NCBI RefSeq assembly: GCF_006345805.1 | Contig: NC_043000.1 | Coordinates: forward strand, 111,662,001 to 111,726,000 | DNA from: Octopus sinensis | Lineage: Eukaryota | DNA: 64,000 nucleotides | Direction of reading: 5' to 3' | In this document: positions 37,409-50,550 of the stretch, in pieces | Layout of the letters: the number at the start of each line of letters is the position of its first letter | Numbering within the stretch: the stretch's first letter is position 1 | Notes under the pieces: model-generated | The model's input: the letters and a program-made list of their open reading frames with translations, nothing else | What the model was told of the DNA's origin: nothing | Database searches by the model: none | Translations under genes and position numbers: made by a program

Positions 37409-38609
37409 AAAACAAAGGGAGACAATGATATAAAACCTGTGTGTGTGTGTGTGTGGTAAGATTAAAAAATAGCAGATATGTATACACACATTTTCATCTC
37501 TTTTGCATTCCTTCCAGCATGGATTAGATACATATATGTGTGTGTGTGCTTGTGGGCAGGTGCATGGCTATGGTTAGCACATTACACTCACAATCCAGCA
37601 GTAGTGGGTTCAATTCTTGAAGTAAGCAGCACTTGTTCTTGAGCTAAATTCTTCATTTTACATTGCTCCTGTCCACTCAGCTGTAAATAGATAACCCTGC
37701 GACAGACTAACCTTCCAATCAGGGGGAATTTTGGCTTACTTCACCTAGTTTGTTCCTTCTCGAGCCATGCCTGGCTCATAAGGGCTGGTTTCCCGGTTTC
37801 CTTGGCCGGTCTGTTGCAGGTGAGCTGCTAGATGCAGGAGGAAAGAGTGAGAGAAAGTTGTGGCGAAAGGGTCAGCAGAAGTTCGTCATTACCTTCTGAC
37901 GGAGCTGCGTCGAGCTTAGGTGTTTCGCTCATAAACACACACATCGCAAGGTCTGAGATTTGAACCTGCAATCCTTCAACCACGAAGCCGCTGCTCTAAC
38001 CACGAGGCCATGTGCCTCCACTTACTTCGCCTAGCAAGAGGGGTGGCATAATTCCAAAGCTAAAACAATGTGAAGCACATTGAAACCAGTGATGTATAAC
38101 AATATCCAGCAGTCTGGTCAATTCCATGATATATAATATTGGGATAATGTTTTTGGGCTGGATGCCCTTTCTGTCTCTAACCATAACTTTTCCTAACTAA
38201 AAAGATTTTTTATTCTATACATGAAGTGCATACACACATTTCTGAAAAGCATATACTCACACACATGAGACACATAATTCTGAAGGACATGTGCAAGCAT
38301 GCACGTGCGTGTGTTGCCTCCCCCCCTCACACACACACACACACACGAACAGAGGAGACATGTAATTCTGAAACACGCTCACACCTTCTCTGGCCAAGTC
38401 CTGTTTGATTTGCTATGGATTTATTTAAAGGACAATTAAAAGCTAATCACAGTTAATTTGTATTGTCAATTAGTGTCTGCGAGAAAACTGTTATATATTT
38501 CAATATTGACCAGTGTCCACTTGCAGAGGCTTGCATACCAACCAGTAGCAACACTAGGATACCTCTAGAACTAGACTTGATTGTGGAGAAAATGAAATAT
38601 CAAAATGTG

Positions 38610-38805
38610 ACCGCGTGTGTACCGTTGGCGATTTTTTTTTTTCCTCTGTCTTCCCTTCTTTGGATCTTTCCTTTTCCTATGTTTCTCACGAAGAGCTCCA
38701 CTCGAAACATTAAATCATCCTTCTTTCTTTCCTTTCCTGAGCGTCCATTAACACTATACTTGTTCCATGTCCTCGCATTGTTGTGTTTTCATGTTTGGAT
38801 TAACT
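38610..38805 (+). mobile_element. Penelope-derived repeat, CpG-decayed homologue of 15083-15290, with a broken hammerhead at 38681-38715
   Basis: gttt-CTCACGA-agagctccactc-GAAACATT-aaat. Confidence 0.75.
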
Positions 38806-38999
38806 TTATATACATGCACATACACACATCACTAAAGTGACAGAGGGCACTAGTCGGCACCAGTATTGCTAGAAACAAGAGTTAAAGCAACTCCTAACCA
38901 CAAGAAGCACCTTATCTTAATGACTGACAGTCACTGCCCTCAATCACTTTAGTGACATATTTCTGCCTTTCAGTTGTAAAAATGCAAACAGCCTACCCT

Positions 39000-39034
<35 letters not shown>

Positions 39035-39038
<4 letters not shown>

Positions 39039-39192
39039 TGTGACTGTGAGATAAGAAACTTGCTTCCTGACCACATGGTTTTGGGTTGAGTTCCACTGTT
39101 TGGTATGTTGGGCAAGTGCCCTTTCCTATAACCTTGGGCTGACCATAGCCTTGTGAGTAGATTTAGTTGACAGAAACTGAAAGAAGCCTGCT

Positions 39193-39229
<37 letters not shown>

Positions 39230-39286
39230 GTAGGTCCCGGGTTGATTCGGGGTTAACCACTAGTCCTGTAGAAGCTCCTTCTATAT

Positions 39287-39338
<52 letters not shown>

Positions 39339-39490
39339 GACAGGCAGACAGACAGACAGACAGATCTGTGTTTGTCCCCCACTACTACTTGACAACTGGT
39401 GTTTGGATGTTTATGTCCCCATAACTTAGCAGTTTGGCAGAAGATATTGATAGAGTAAGTATCAGGCTTTAAAAAAGTCTACTTGGGTCG
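39035..39490 (+). mobile_element. Family B SINE with expanded internal microsatellites, CpG-decayed
   Basis: Head at ~39040, tail ending ~39490. Confidence 0.75.
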
Positions 39491-39829
39491 ATTCATTCTG
39501 CTAAAACTTCATATATGTATCACCATCATCATCGCTTAACATCCGCCTTCCATGCTGGCATGGGTAGGACAGTTTGACAGGAGCCAGCCAGGCAGAAGCC
39601 TGCACCAGACTTCTGCAACTGTTTTGGCAGGATTTTTTACAACTGTCAAGCGATGTTAAGGCAACGAGACAGTAACACACATTCACACCCACCCACGTGT
39701 GCTTTTTTCCCATTTCTATCTTCCAAAGTTACTCACAAGACATTACTCGGTCTTGGACTATAGTATAGGAAACTTGCCTACAGTACCACACAGTGGATTT
39801 GTATTTGGAGCCATATGGTTGGCGAGCAA

Positions 39830-40615
39830 GACCTGGCAAGTCAAGTGAGATCATAACCGTGGCCTATGCCAGTGCTGCATAACCAACCCAGTTAAGAGTA
39901 CCCTTCAGTCATTGGGCAATAAACTGTGCTTGCTAAGACCTGTCCAGACAAGTGAAATCATTGTCATGGCCGATGACAATACCGACTGATTGGCACCTGT
40001 GCTGGTGGCAAATAAAAAGCACCATTCAAGTCTGTGGTCAATGCCAGTGCTGCCTGACCGGTGGCATGTTAAAAGCACCATTTGAGCCTAATTGTTGCCG
40101 GTGCTACCTGAGTGGCAAGTAAAAAGCACCATTGGAGCGTGGCCATTGCCAGTGCCGCCTGACTGGCCCTCGTGCCAGTGACACATAAAAAGCACCCGCT
40201 ACACTGTCGGAGTGCTTGGTGTTAGAAAGGCGGCGAGCTGGCAGAAACGTTAGCACGCCGGGCGAAATGCTTAACAGTATTTCGTCTGCCGTTACGTTCT
40301 GAGTTCAAATTCCGCCGAAGTCGACTTTGCCTTTCATCCTTTCGGGGTCAATTAAATAAGTACCAGTTACGCACTGGGGTCAATATAATCAACTTAATCT
40401 GTTTGTCTATCCTTGTTTGTCCTCTCTGTGTTTAGCCCCTTGTGGGTAGTAAAGAAATAAGTTGGTGTTAGGAAGGGCATCCAGCTGTAGAAACTTTGCC
40501 AGATCAGATTGGAGCTTGGTACAGCCTTCTGGCTTGCCAGCCCTCAGTCAAACCATCCACCGCATGACAGCATGTGTAGATGGAAAGCCGCAGTTAAACG
40601 ATGATGATGATGATA
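39830..40615 (+). mobile_element. Family C element split by a young family A SINE (40229-40460)
   Basis: 13-bp TSD ttggtgttag(a/g)aa at 40216-40228 and 40462-40474. Confidence 0.85.
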
Positions 40616-41044
40616 ACACAGAAAGAGTTGAACATAAAATGCCTTTTGTGTAGAGGTACGGGGGTGGGGTGGCTAGAAAACAATTGTGTTCAGGTTCTCC
40701 TAATACAGTATTTTACCAACTATTACACATTCTTGAAATATCACTTTACTTTCTCCAAACATTGAAAAACTGTGTTAAATAGCGACATTTACACACAAAA
40801 AAAAGGAGGAAACTGACATTTTTGCTTCTTTCTGCTTTTTCTTTCGCTTTTGTTTGTTTACTCTCCAGTGTTTGTTTGGTAGGCATTGCTATTACTGCTG
40901 CTGTTTGTTGGCCATTATAGGAGTGGGACCAACTGGGCAAGCTTTTTTTTGTTTCTCTATCTGTAACTGGATCCCTTTTACTTGTTGTGGTCTCCTTGTC
41001 TGTTAGTGCGCCCTACATTTCAACACTGACCCCAGCTGACACTT

Positions 41045-41520
41045 GTGTCCTCTATCCCCTTCCCCCTCCCCTTAACGAGCAAACAAAAAACAAATTACCT
41101 TCTCACCCATTTCTTGCAGTCTCATCCCAAACTTAGTTCTGTTTCTGACCCTCTCATCCTCCCACCCTCCGTCCACTATTTCTATCTTCTATCCATCCAT
41201 CTCTCTCTCTCTATCTCTACATCATTCTTTTTTCCTCTCTGATGTCCCCTCTTCCTCTTACTTATATTCATCACCCCCCTCTCTCAACCCTCTCCTACCC
41301 ATCGTTTCTATCTCCTATCTCTCTCTACTCCCCTTCTCCTTATTTTCCTTTCTCTCTAACCATCACTCCTCTGACATTCCCCCCTCTCTCTCTCTACATA
41401 TTTCTACTACATGCTAATAGTTTCTCTCTTCCTCTCCCATACCCATGTCCAACCACCACCCCAGCCCTAATCTCCACCCCTAAATCACTTACATAAAATC
41501 ACCCCTAATAACTTACTCTC
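41045..41520. repeat. Pyrimidine-rich low-complexity tract
   Basis: Direct reading. Confidence 0.85.
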
Positions 41521-42324
41521 CTCTATTATTACATTACTTGGCAAAATATTTCTGTCCTTCAGTTTTGTGTATGTGTGTGTGTCCCTGTGTCCGTATACCC
41601 GTATACCCGTGTATACCCCATACCCCGTTGTGCCACTCTGTCAGACACCCCTTTGTTGTGTCACTGCTAATTACCTAAGTGTCTACAGGTGGTGATTAGG
41701 TAGGGAGATAATTTAGACCACCCACCCTGTGTACCCCAGTTAAGGAGAGGAGTGTGGCAATGAAGGCAGTCGGGGGGGGGGGGGTCGGAGGGGGGGAGCT
41801 TGCAACAACGGCAAATAGTTTTGTTGTTTTCAAGTATTCAAGTATTGCTGTTGATCTTGTTATTCACAGACCCCCCCCCCATCTCTCTCAACATGAAGTG
41901 TGTACGGAAAGTGGAGCAACCATTATATGGAACAATTTGTCACCAATTCTTCCCCCTCCCCACCGGTATCTTTTACTTCAATTACCATCAGGGTTTGTAT
42001 TTATTTATTTATGTTGTTTAGTTCTTGTTTTGTTGTTTAACCTTTTCATGACTGCATATCTCTCTCGCTGGAATCAACAGCGCAGATGTTTCAGTTTGAA
42101 AAATAATTAAGAATTCTGGGGAGAATTTTTATAAAATCATCCAACTACACACACACACACACATACACACCATTAAGCTGATGTTTACAACATAACTTAA
42201 CAAAATGTTCTTACATAAAATCTTGATGGATATTTTCAATTTATGAACATATTAAGTTGAGAGTTTTTGCCTTATAAGGCCAGGTAGTGGGGGGTATCAA
42301 AAAGGATTCTATACATCTCTCAGG

Positions 42325-42499
42325 TGCAGGAGTGGTTGTGTGGTAAGTAGTTTGCTTACCAGCCACATGGTTCTGGGTTCAGTCCCACTGCATGGCACCT
42401 TGGGCAAGTATTTTCTACTATAGCCTTGGGCTGACCAAAGCCTTGTGAGTGGATTCGGTAGATGGAAACTGAAGGAAGCCTATGTGTGTGTATATATAC

Positions 42500-42560
<61 letters not shown>

Positions 42561-42970
42561 CACACATGTGTATATGTTTGTGTCTGTTTGTCCCCCCCAT
42601 ACACACACAAACATCACTTGACAACCGATGTCGGTTTGTTTACATCCTCGTAACTTAGCAGTTTGGCAAAAAGAGACTGATAGAATAAGTACTAGGCTTG
42701 CAATGAATAAGTATCCTGGGGTCGATTTGTTCAACTAAACGTGGTGCTCCAGCATGGCCACAGTAAAATGACAGAAACAAACAAAAGAATCTCCTTGATT
42801 TTGTTTCTTTTTTTTACTTGTTTCAGTCATGCAGTGGCCATGCTGGAGCACTGCCTTGAAGTATTGAATAAATCACCTCCAGTACTTACATCTGGTACTT
42901 GCTCTCTTTTGCTGAACTACTAAGTTACAGGGACATAAACAAACGAACACTGGTTGTCAAGCTGTGGTGA
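42325..42970. mobile_element. Tail-to-tail inverted pair of family B SINEs
   Basis: Plus copy 42325-42787; minus 3' half 42810-42970. Confidence 0.85.
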
Positions 42971-43689
42971 TGGGGGAGGGAGGCAAATGCATGCATACAC
43001 ACACACACATATGTTCATTCAACATGTGCAACCCATTAATCCAGACACTCTTCTTTTTCCTCTTTTCCTTTCTTTCGAGTCATTAGTGAATCCCCACACT
43101 CAATACGGTGCAAAAGGGACTTTGTAGGACTAGGGTTAAACAAGGCAAGATGTCTTAATCAAACTAACAGAGTCTGAGTTAGATACACTGTGCCAGAAAA
43201 TAAGATAAACCTGGGTGGAGTGTCCTTGATGCTAGGTCAGCCAGGTCGGATTAGACCTGGGGTTAAACAACATTTCTGTGGTTTAATGTCACCCAGTATT
43301 CCTGTTTTGCTGGCCTTTATCATTTATTTATTGACTAATTACTTAATGATGTTTCAATTTACTCTCTTAATTCGGTTACTGACATGAAACAAATGAGTCC
43401 GGTTTTAATTAAAATTATTTTAATGACTATCTCAGACTCATTAACATTGTCTCACACTTTTCAATTTTTTTTTCTTCTACTGAAAATTCCTTGACAGGAA
43501 TGTGGAATGAATGAATGTCTCTTTAGATTCTGTATTTTTAGTTTTTCTTGTTATTTCTCCCCTTTTTTGTAGAATCCCACCTGTAGTTCTGGTACCACAA
43601 GACATACAACACCTTAGTTTATATTCACCTGTTATTACTGTAATTAATAAATATTGTTGTCGTTGTCTTAATTAGAAATATTGTGAGAA

Positions 43690-44095
43690 GACCCATCAAG
43701 CCGAGCAAAATCATAGTCGTGGCAGATACCAGTGCCATGCATATTGGCACCCATGACAGTGGTATGTACACGTACCCTGGTGTCATGCAAATGGCACCTG
43801 TGTCAGTGGCATGTAAACACACCGTGGTGTCACACAAATGGAACCCATGCTGGTGGCACATAAATGCACCCCAGTGTCATGCAAATGGAACCCGTACCGG
43901 TGGCATGTTAGTACACCTGATGTCACACAAATGACACGTAAAATCTCCCATTGCACTTTTGGAGTGGTTGGCATTAGGAAGGGCATCCAGCTGTAGAAAA
44001 ACATGCCAAATCAGACTGGTGTCTGGTGCAGCCTTCCAGCGTGCCAGCTCTGGTCAAACCGTCCAACCCATGCCATTAAATAATGATGATAATGA
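43690..44095 (+). mobile_element. Family C element with a diverged internal tandem array
   Basis: Repeated ggcac/gtcacacaaatg units, then ggagtggttggcattaggaagggcatccagctg. Confidence 0.8.
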
Positions 44096-44299
44096 TAAAG
44101 AAGGATGGGGTGGAATTGGTAGAGTGACAAACAAAATGCTTTGGCAGCCATTGTATTACTTTCCTCTGTGTTCTGAGTTTCAGTCTCACCAAGGTTGACT
44201 TTACCTTTCACAGTCAGTTCAGATCAGGTGCGGGGGGTGGGGGTTCACCATTTGACAGTATATTCCCAAATCATCCTGGGTGACCCATCAGGCAGAATC

Positions 44300-44710
44300 C
44301 CAGTCAGTACCCCATCTCCACGAGATACCTCCTCATCTGCTGTGACCTTGTGACATGTGGTTGACCAACACAAGCCATCAACCCAGCTAGACCCTTAGTG
44401 AAGAGAACATAGTAAGCAGAGCCCAACTTGGAAAATCCAACAACCTGGCCAAACAGTCTGAGTGTACTCCTTTCACAGTTGACAAACATATGCCATGCCC
44501 CTGTCTAGTTAAGTATATTAGAGCATGCTGTACATATGGTTTTACAGTGAAGTTAATTCCTAGTATGTTAATACTGCACTTTAGATTTCCTCTGCAAAAT
44601 CTGAATAACTGAGGCCTATCTGAGAAATGATCCCTGCCAGGTGGAGTGTCTGCTGCTGCCAGTGTTACTGGCCATTCTCCATGACAATGCCTTTGCAGTT
44701 GTCTGTGAGG
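44300..44710 (-). pseudogene. Old RTE (BovB-like) 3' fragment; homologue at 53950-54180 on +
   Basis: EWPVTLAAADTPPGRDHFSDRPQLFRFCRGN; DNA similarity gatttcctctgcaaaatc...gaggtggggtgtc between the two loci. Confidence 0.55.
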
Positions 44711-44721
44711 TACAGCTAAAC

Positions 44722-45200
44722 AGTGGAGGCACAATGGCCCAGGGGTTAGGGCAGCGGACTCGTGATCCTAGAATCGCGATTTCGATTCCCAGACCAAGCA
44801 TTGTGAGTATTTATTAAGTGAAAACACCTAAAGCTCCACGAGGCTCCAGCAGGGGATGGTGGTGAACCCTACTGTACTCTTTTACCACAACTTTCTCACA
44901 CTCTTTCTTCCTGTTTCTGTTGTACCTGTATTTCAAAGGGCCAACCTTGTCACACTCTGTGTCACGCTGAATCTCCTCAAGAACTACGTTGAGGGTACAC
45001 ATGTCTGTGGAGTGCTCAGCCACTTGCACGTTAATAAATGAGCTGCGACGTCACTGGTGCCAAGCTGTATCAGCCTTTGCCTTTCGCTTGGATAACATCA
45101 GTGGGTGTGGATAGGGGAAGTAGGTATGCATGGGTGACTGCTGGTCTTTCATAAACAACCTTGCCCGGACTTGTGCCTCAGAGGGTACACTACTGCCACT
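44722..45200 (+). mobile_element. Composite family D SINE
   Basis: Head ggaggcacaatggcccaggggttagggc; middle matches the 8934-9148 tail; 3' part matches the 36860-37200 tail. Confidence 0.75.
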
Positions 45201-45256
45201 ACACTGTGTCTACCACTGCAATACCATCACCACTACACTACTGACACCACCAGTGT

Positions 45257-45550
45257 CAGGGCTGTGAAGTTGGAGTTATGGAATCGCAGTCGGAAACTAT
45301 TAAGGAGTAGCTGGAGTCAGAGTCGGTAAAACTATACTGACACTCGACTCCAACCCACAATGTCTTTATTCTTTAATATAAACCAGTTATAACATATAGG
45401 ACTACTCAAAGTACAAGTGTATGCATATGCTTTATGAGATATGCAGACCACAATCAATTACATAAAGAGGAGTCGGAGATGCCAATAGTAGAGGAGTCGG
45501 AGATGCCAATAGTAGAGGAGTCGGAGTCAGTTTTTTGACCAGTCCTATAA
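45257..45550 (+). mobile_element. hAT-like MITE with GGAGTCGGAG subterminal repeats
   Basis: Starts cagggctgtgaagttggag; 24-bp unit gaggagtcggagatgccaatagta x2.5 at 45467-45527; accacca(g/a)tg on both flanks. Confidence 0.55.
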
Positions 45551-48167
45551 CCACCAATGCTGACCCTCTGTTTACCTTTCCTTCTACTTTGTCAGTACAT
45601 AATGACCACACTGCTGCAAGCACTTACATTGCAACTGTTAATACCACTGGACTCACATAATATACAAGAAGACCACTTACATACTGCCACCCACACTGCA
45701 ACTGTATGTGACCACTGTTACACTGGCACCACCACCACCACTACAGTAAGCTCTGTCGGTGTGTTTAGTGTCAGTAAAATGATGAAGCAGCCACTTGACA
45801 ACATTCTATGACTCACTTAACACTCAGCTGCAAACACACACACACACAAATCTGCCACCATCACCACCGCCTCTACCACCCTTTTTATTTTTTCACATTT
45901 GATAATCTTCTTAATCTCTTGATTTTGCAAAACACCACCACCGTGGCATACTCTCCGTCTTCATCATCATCATCTTTTTGTTGTTTTATTTTTTACAAAA
46001 GCTATCTGAAATCTTGGTAATTAAAATTGAAATATCTTCCCCACCACCACCACCATCACTCTCCCCTCCACCCCTCCAGCATCCCCCCCATCACCATCAT
46101 CGCCTTGTCATTCACCCCCCTCTTCCCCCAACACTTGCCCTTCTACTCCTAGTGTTGTGGTATTTCTCTGCAGAATTGCATCCTCACTCCTGCCTACCCC
46201 CACCTACTCACCACCACCACCACACCACCACCGCTCACCTCTAACTTTGCAATCTGTGTCACTAACTCTACCACCACCACCAGCACAAAAAGGACACCCC
46301 TCCACACACAGGCCATGCTTCATCTTTCTCTCTCTCTCCTCTTCCATTTGCTATATTTAACCATAGATCGGGCAGCCCCTGGGTGGGGCTTTATTAAACT
46401 GACTAATTGACTTGGGTGGTTTGCTTTCTCATTAAAAGTTATCTTAAAATATTTTTTAAAATAAAAAAATTAACCATACACAGACATATATATATATATG
46501 TGCACATAGGGAACACACACACACACCCATGCATATATCTATATGTATGTGTGTGTAAGTATTTATAAACATACCCACCCTGCTAGCATGGAAAGCTGAC
46601 ATTAAATGATGAAGATGATGATGATTGCACACACACACATTGTTTTGTACTTTTTTTGTTTGCTTGCTTTTTCTCCCCCTCTATCTAAAATATTTGTTCC
46701 AGAGAAGATTCAGGAAAAATCTGTAAAGCCATCCCTCAATGTACGCTTCGAGTCTGTTGCTGTCTCTGCTTGGACAGATTCTTTAAAACTGGATTAGCCA
46801 ATCAAGCATTGCGACACTACAGCCCATAGATCGATTCCACTCACTGACTGTGTCACCTGTCAGTCTGAGACAGCACCAAGCTCCATGAAGCAGCAGCACT
46901 TGACAAATGGTTTACTCTAGAGGTGTGTGTGTGTGCGTGCATGCATGTGTGCATATGTGTGTGTAGATACATACGTATGTATGTATCTATATAATTATGG
47001 TATGAACCAGACTTTCAGATGTTTTTATACATCACTGGTCACAATGCGCTTTGCTTCGTTTTAGCCATCAAAATGATGCAGCCCCACTGGTTATGCAAGC
47101 AGACCGGCATTTCCCCAGATTGGGAGGTTGGTCTGTTGCAGGGTGACCCGTTTACAGTTGATCGGACTGGGGTTATGTGAAATGAAGTGTTTTGCTCAAG
47201 AACACAACGTACCATTCAATCTGGAAATCAAACCCACAACCTCAAGACCGTGAGCGTAAAATCCTAACCACTTAGCCACATGCCTTCACACACACACACA
47301 TCTAGATAAATAGATGGATTTCTTTCTTTCTTTCTTTATTAGCCACACAGGGCCAAACCCTGAGGGGACAAAATACAATTGTAGAGCTTTTCTTTTTGAA
47401 AATAGAAAAAAAGGAGAAAAATAAAATTCTGATCAAAAGGGATCGTGAGTAAAAATAAAAAAATTCACAGGATTGTGTCCAAGGCTATTACAAATCTGCC
47501 AAATCGCCACTTTGTTCAAATGCATGTGAATGCAATACATGAATATCTAGATGCATAAAGATTTATATGGCTTATGGAGAATCCGTTATAACTGAGAATG
47601 CTGTTGTTAAACACTGGCTACGCCTGTTTGTACGCACGTGTGTATGTATGTACGGATAGATAGATAGATGATTATTGTATATTTCCCCATCCTCTTTTAG
47701 GTTCAATAGATTTATAGAAATATATCTTTTATTTAATTTTTATCGCTGTCCCTTTCCTTTGACTACTTTTGTAATGTTGCTGTTTCAGTTCTCTTTCAAC
47801 CATGTCTCATCATGTCCTCCTCTCTGCTCCATTCTTTCTCATTTCTCTCTCCCAAAAGAGTTAATTTGTTGCCTGGTTTTAACATCACCATTTGGCTCTT
47901 TGGTGCCTTTGAGCAGCAGAGTCTACTCTGTTACAATCCAAAGAATTCCTTCCCACTGAGCTTTGTAATGGATCCTGTGGGTGCTACTTCTCCCTTGTCT
48001 GTTGTTATATAAAATAATTGGTCTCGAATCCCTTCTAGACTACATCTGCTATAAACCCCCTCCAAAGCTTATTCGGGGCCTGTCTAATTCTGACCGCACA
48101 ACATTCATCAAGTCCCCACTCCCACTCCACCGACACAGTTGTATGATGTCATAATATCAATAGCTGT

Positions 48168-48495
48168 AGGAGTGGCTGCGTGGTAAGTAGCTTGCCTACC
48201 AAACACATGGTTCCGGGTTCAGTCCCACTGTGTGGCACCTTGGGCAAGTGTCTTCTACTATATCCTTGGGCCAACCAAAGCCTTATGAATGGATTTATTA
48301 GATGGAAACTCAAAGAAGCCTGTCGTGTGTGTGGGTGTGTTTATGTCCCCGTAACTTAGCTGTTCGACAAAAGAGACCAATAGAATAAGTACTAGGCTTA
48401 CAAAGGATAAGTCCTGAGATCAATTTGTTTGACTAAAGGCAGTGCTCCAGCATGGCCACAGTCAAATGACTGAAACAAGTAAAAGAATAAAAGAA
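48168..48495 (+). mobile_element. Family B SINE, CpG-decayed
   Basis: Consensus head and tail present. Confidence 0.85.
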
Positions 48496-50169
48496 TTAGT
48501 TTATACTTCTGCACCACAGCAAGGATTTACTATCTCCTTGCCTCAATAGCCAGAAATAGCAGTCAAATTCCCACCACCACCATCTTCAAAATGGAAAAAT
48601 ACATTGCACAGTCAGCATCATCCTTTTAGCATCCCCTTTTTCAGGCTTGCATGGGTCAGATGGAGGGTAAACTTCTATGGCCAGTTGCCCTTCTTGTCAC
48701 CAACATTTCCTGGTGGCCAGACATGTTTTTGCACCACATTTCTTAAAAATCATGGTAGAGGCCTTGGTCTTGGAACCACTCATGTCTAGAAACTGAAGTT
48801 TGGGTTAATCAAGGGCATGCTTTCCATATAAAATCCAGCTTTAAAAAAGGCCTCATGATAGCTAAGGAGAATGGGCACCAGCCAGCCCAAAGGTTGGGGT
48901 GGGCTGCACCTGCCAACCTCCGTTGCTATGGCATTGAGGTAGATCTGGCCACCCCCATTAACGGGGACAAAACCCGGATTTAAAACACTGGATGATGATG
49001 ACTGGAAGTGAGTGGTATTCATTTACAACAATCAAGACTAGGGGACACATACAGATATCACGACGGGCTTCTTTCAGTTTCTGTCAACCAAGTCCACTCC
49101 CAAGACTTTGGTCAGCCCTTGGCTATAGTAGAAGACCCTTGTCCAAGGTTCCACACAGTGGGACTGAATCCAAAACCATGTGGTTGCAAAGTTAGCTTCT
49201 TACACACACACAGCCAGCCTGCTCCTATACATACACACATACATGCATATATATATGCATACATTTATTTTAATGCTCTTCCAATCATCCCTAAAGACAA
49301 CGAAACACAAAACTGAAGAATCACGGTCACGTCAGCTCTACTTCTCGGGGGATGAGAGGGAGGTGTGGCAGTTCTACCACCAAAAACCAGGTTTCACCGT
49401 TATGATTCTGAACCGTCAGCAAGAATCAGCCTCTGCCATTAAAATTTGATTTCTATGATCCAGCGAACCCCCACCCCCCCACCCCCACCCTTTACCCACC
49501 CACCCCAATCATCCATCATACCAAACACTACAGCATCTGTGTGTGTGTGTGTGTGTGTGATGATTCCTGCAAGTTTGTGTGAAGCCAGGTAAAAAACATT
49601 CGTTATTGTTGTCACAGCAAAACGGTTGGGTGTGGGGGAGATGGGGGGGGCAGTGCTTATTATATTTGGTTTCTTGGTTTATCTGACTGCGACTCTCTTT
49701 TATCGCCATCTCCCCCCCCCTACCTCTTTGCTCCCAGCTGCAGCTCCCTCTGTGCATGCATGTGTGCATGCAGTTGTACGTGTATTTGTCCTTCTGTAAG
49801 GTTTCTTTTCACTTCATGTGGTAATCTAGTTTGCTTCTGCTTTACACTTATTCTGCTGTTTAGGTACACACACACACACACGTCTTTATGCATGTATATA
49901 TTTATATAGAGTTTGCTTAAGTTTCTATATGCGTATACATAAGTGTAATAGTGTGTGTGTGTATGTTGTGTGCATGTTTAGGCATATTTAATGTATGTAT
50001 TTTGTGTAGATATGTATGTAGATGTGCCTACATGTCCATATATATTTGTACAGTATATTTCTTTAGGTTTCTGTATCTCTATAAACATACATACACATAA
50101 GTGAGTGTGTAATTGCCTCTGTGTGTATATTATATATACATACATACATACATACATGTACAAACATAC

Positions 50170-50512
50170 ACACATTGTCTGTGTATGCGTGTGTGTGTGT
50201 GTGTGTTATGTATGTATATATATATATATATTATTTATATATATAAATATATACATACATAGTATATATAATATATATATATTATATATATATATATATA
50301 ATATATATTTATATAAATATATACATACATACATATTATGTATATATATATATATATATATTATATATTTTATATATATTATACATACATACATATGTAT
50401 GTAGTATATATATATATATATATATATTTATATAAATATATCATACATACATGTATGTATAATATATATATTATATATATATATTTATAATAAATATATA
50501 CTACATCATATG

Positions 50513-50550
<38 letters not shown>

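Noticed and set aside
40746-41016. 89-codon K/T/E-rich minus frame (GALTDKETTTSKRDPV...) with AAT|GTCAGT donor
   Set aside because: Openness is explained by T-poor composition, the acceptor lacks a pyrimidine tract, and the opposite strand is an equally plausible polypyrimidine/acceptor; unresolved without RNA data.
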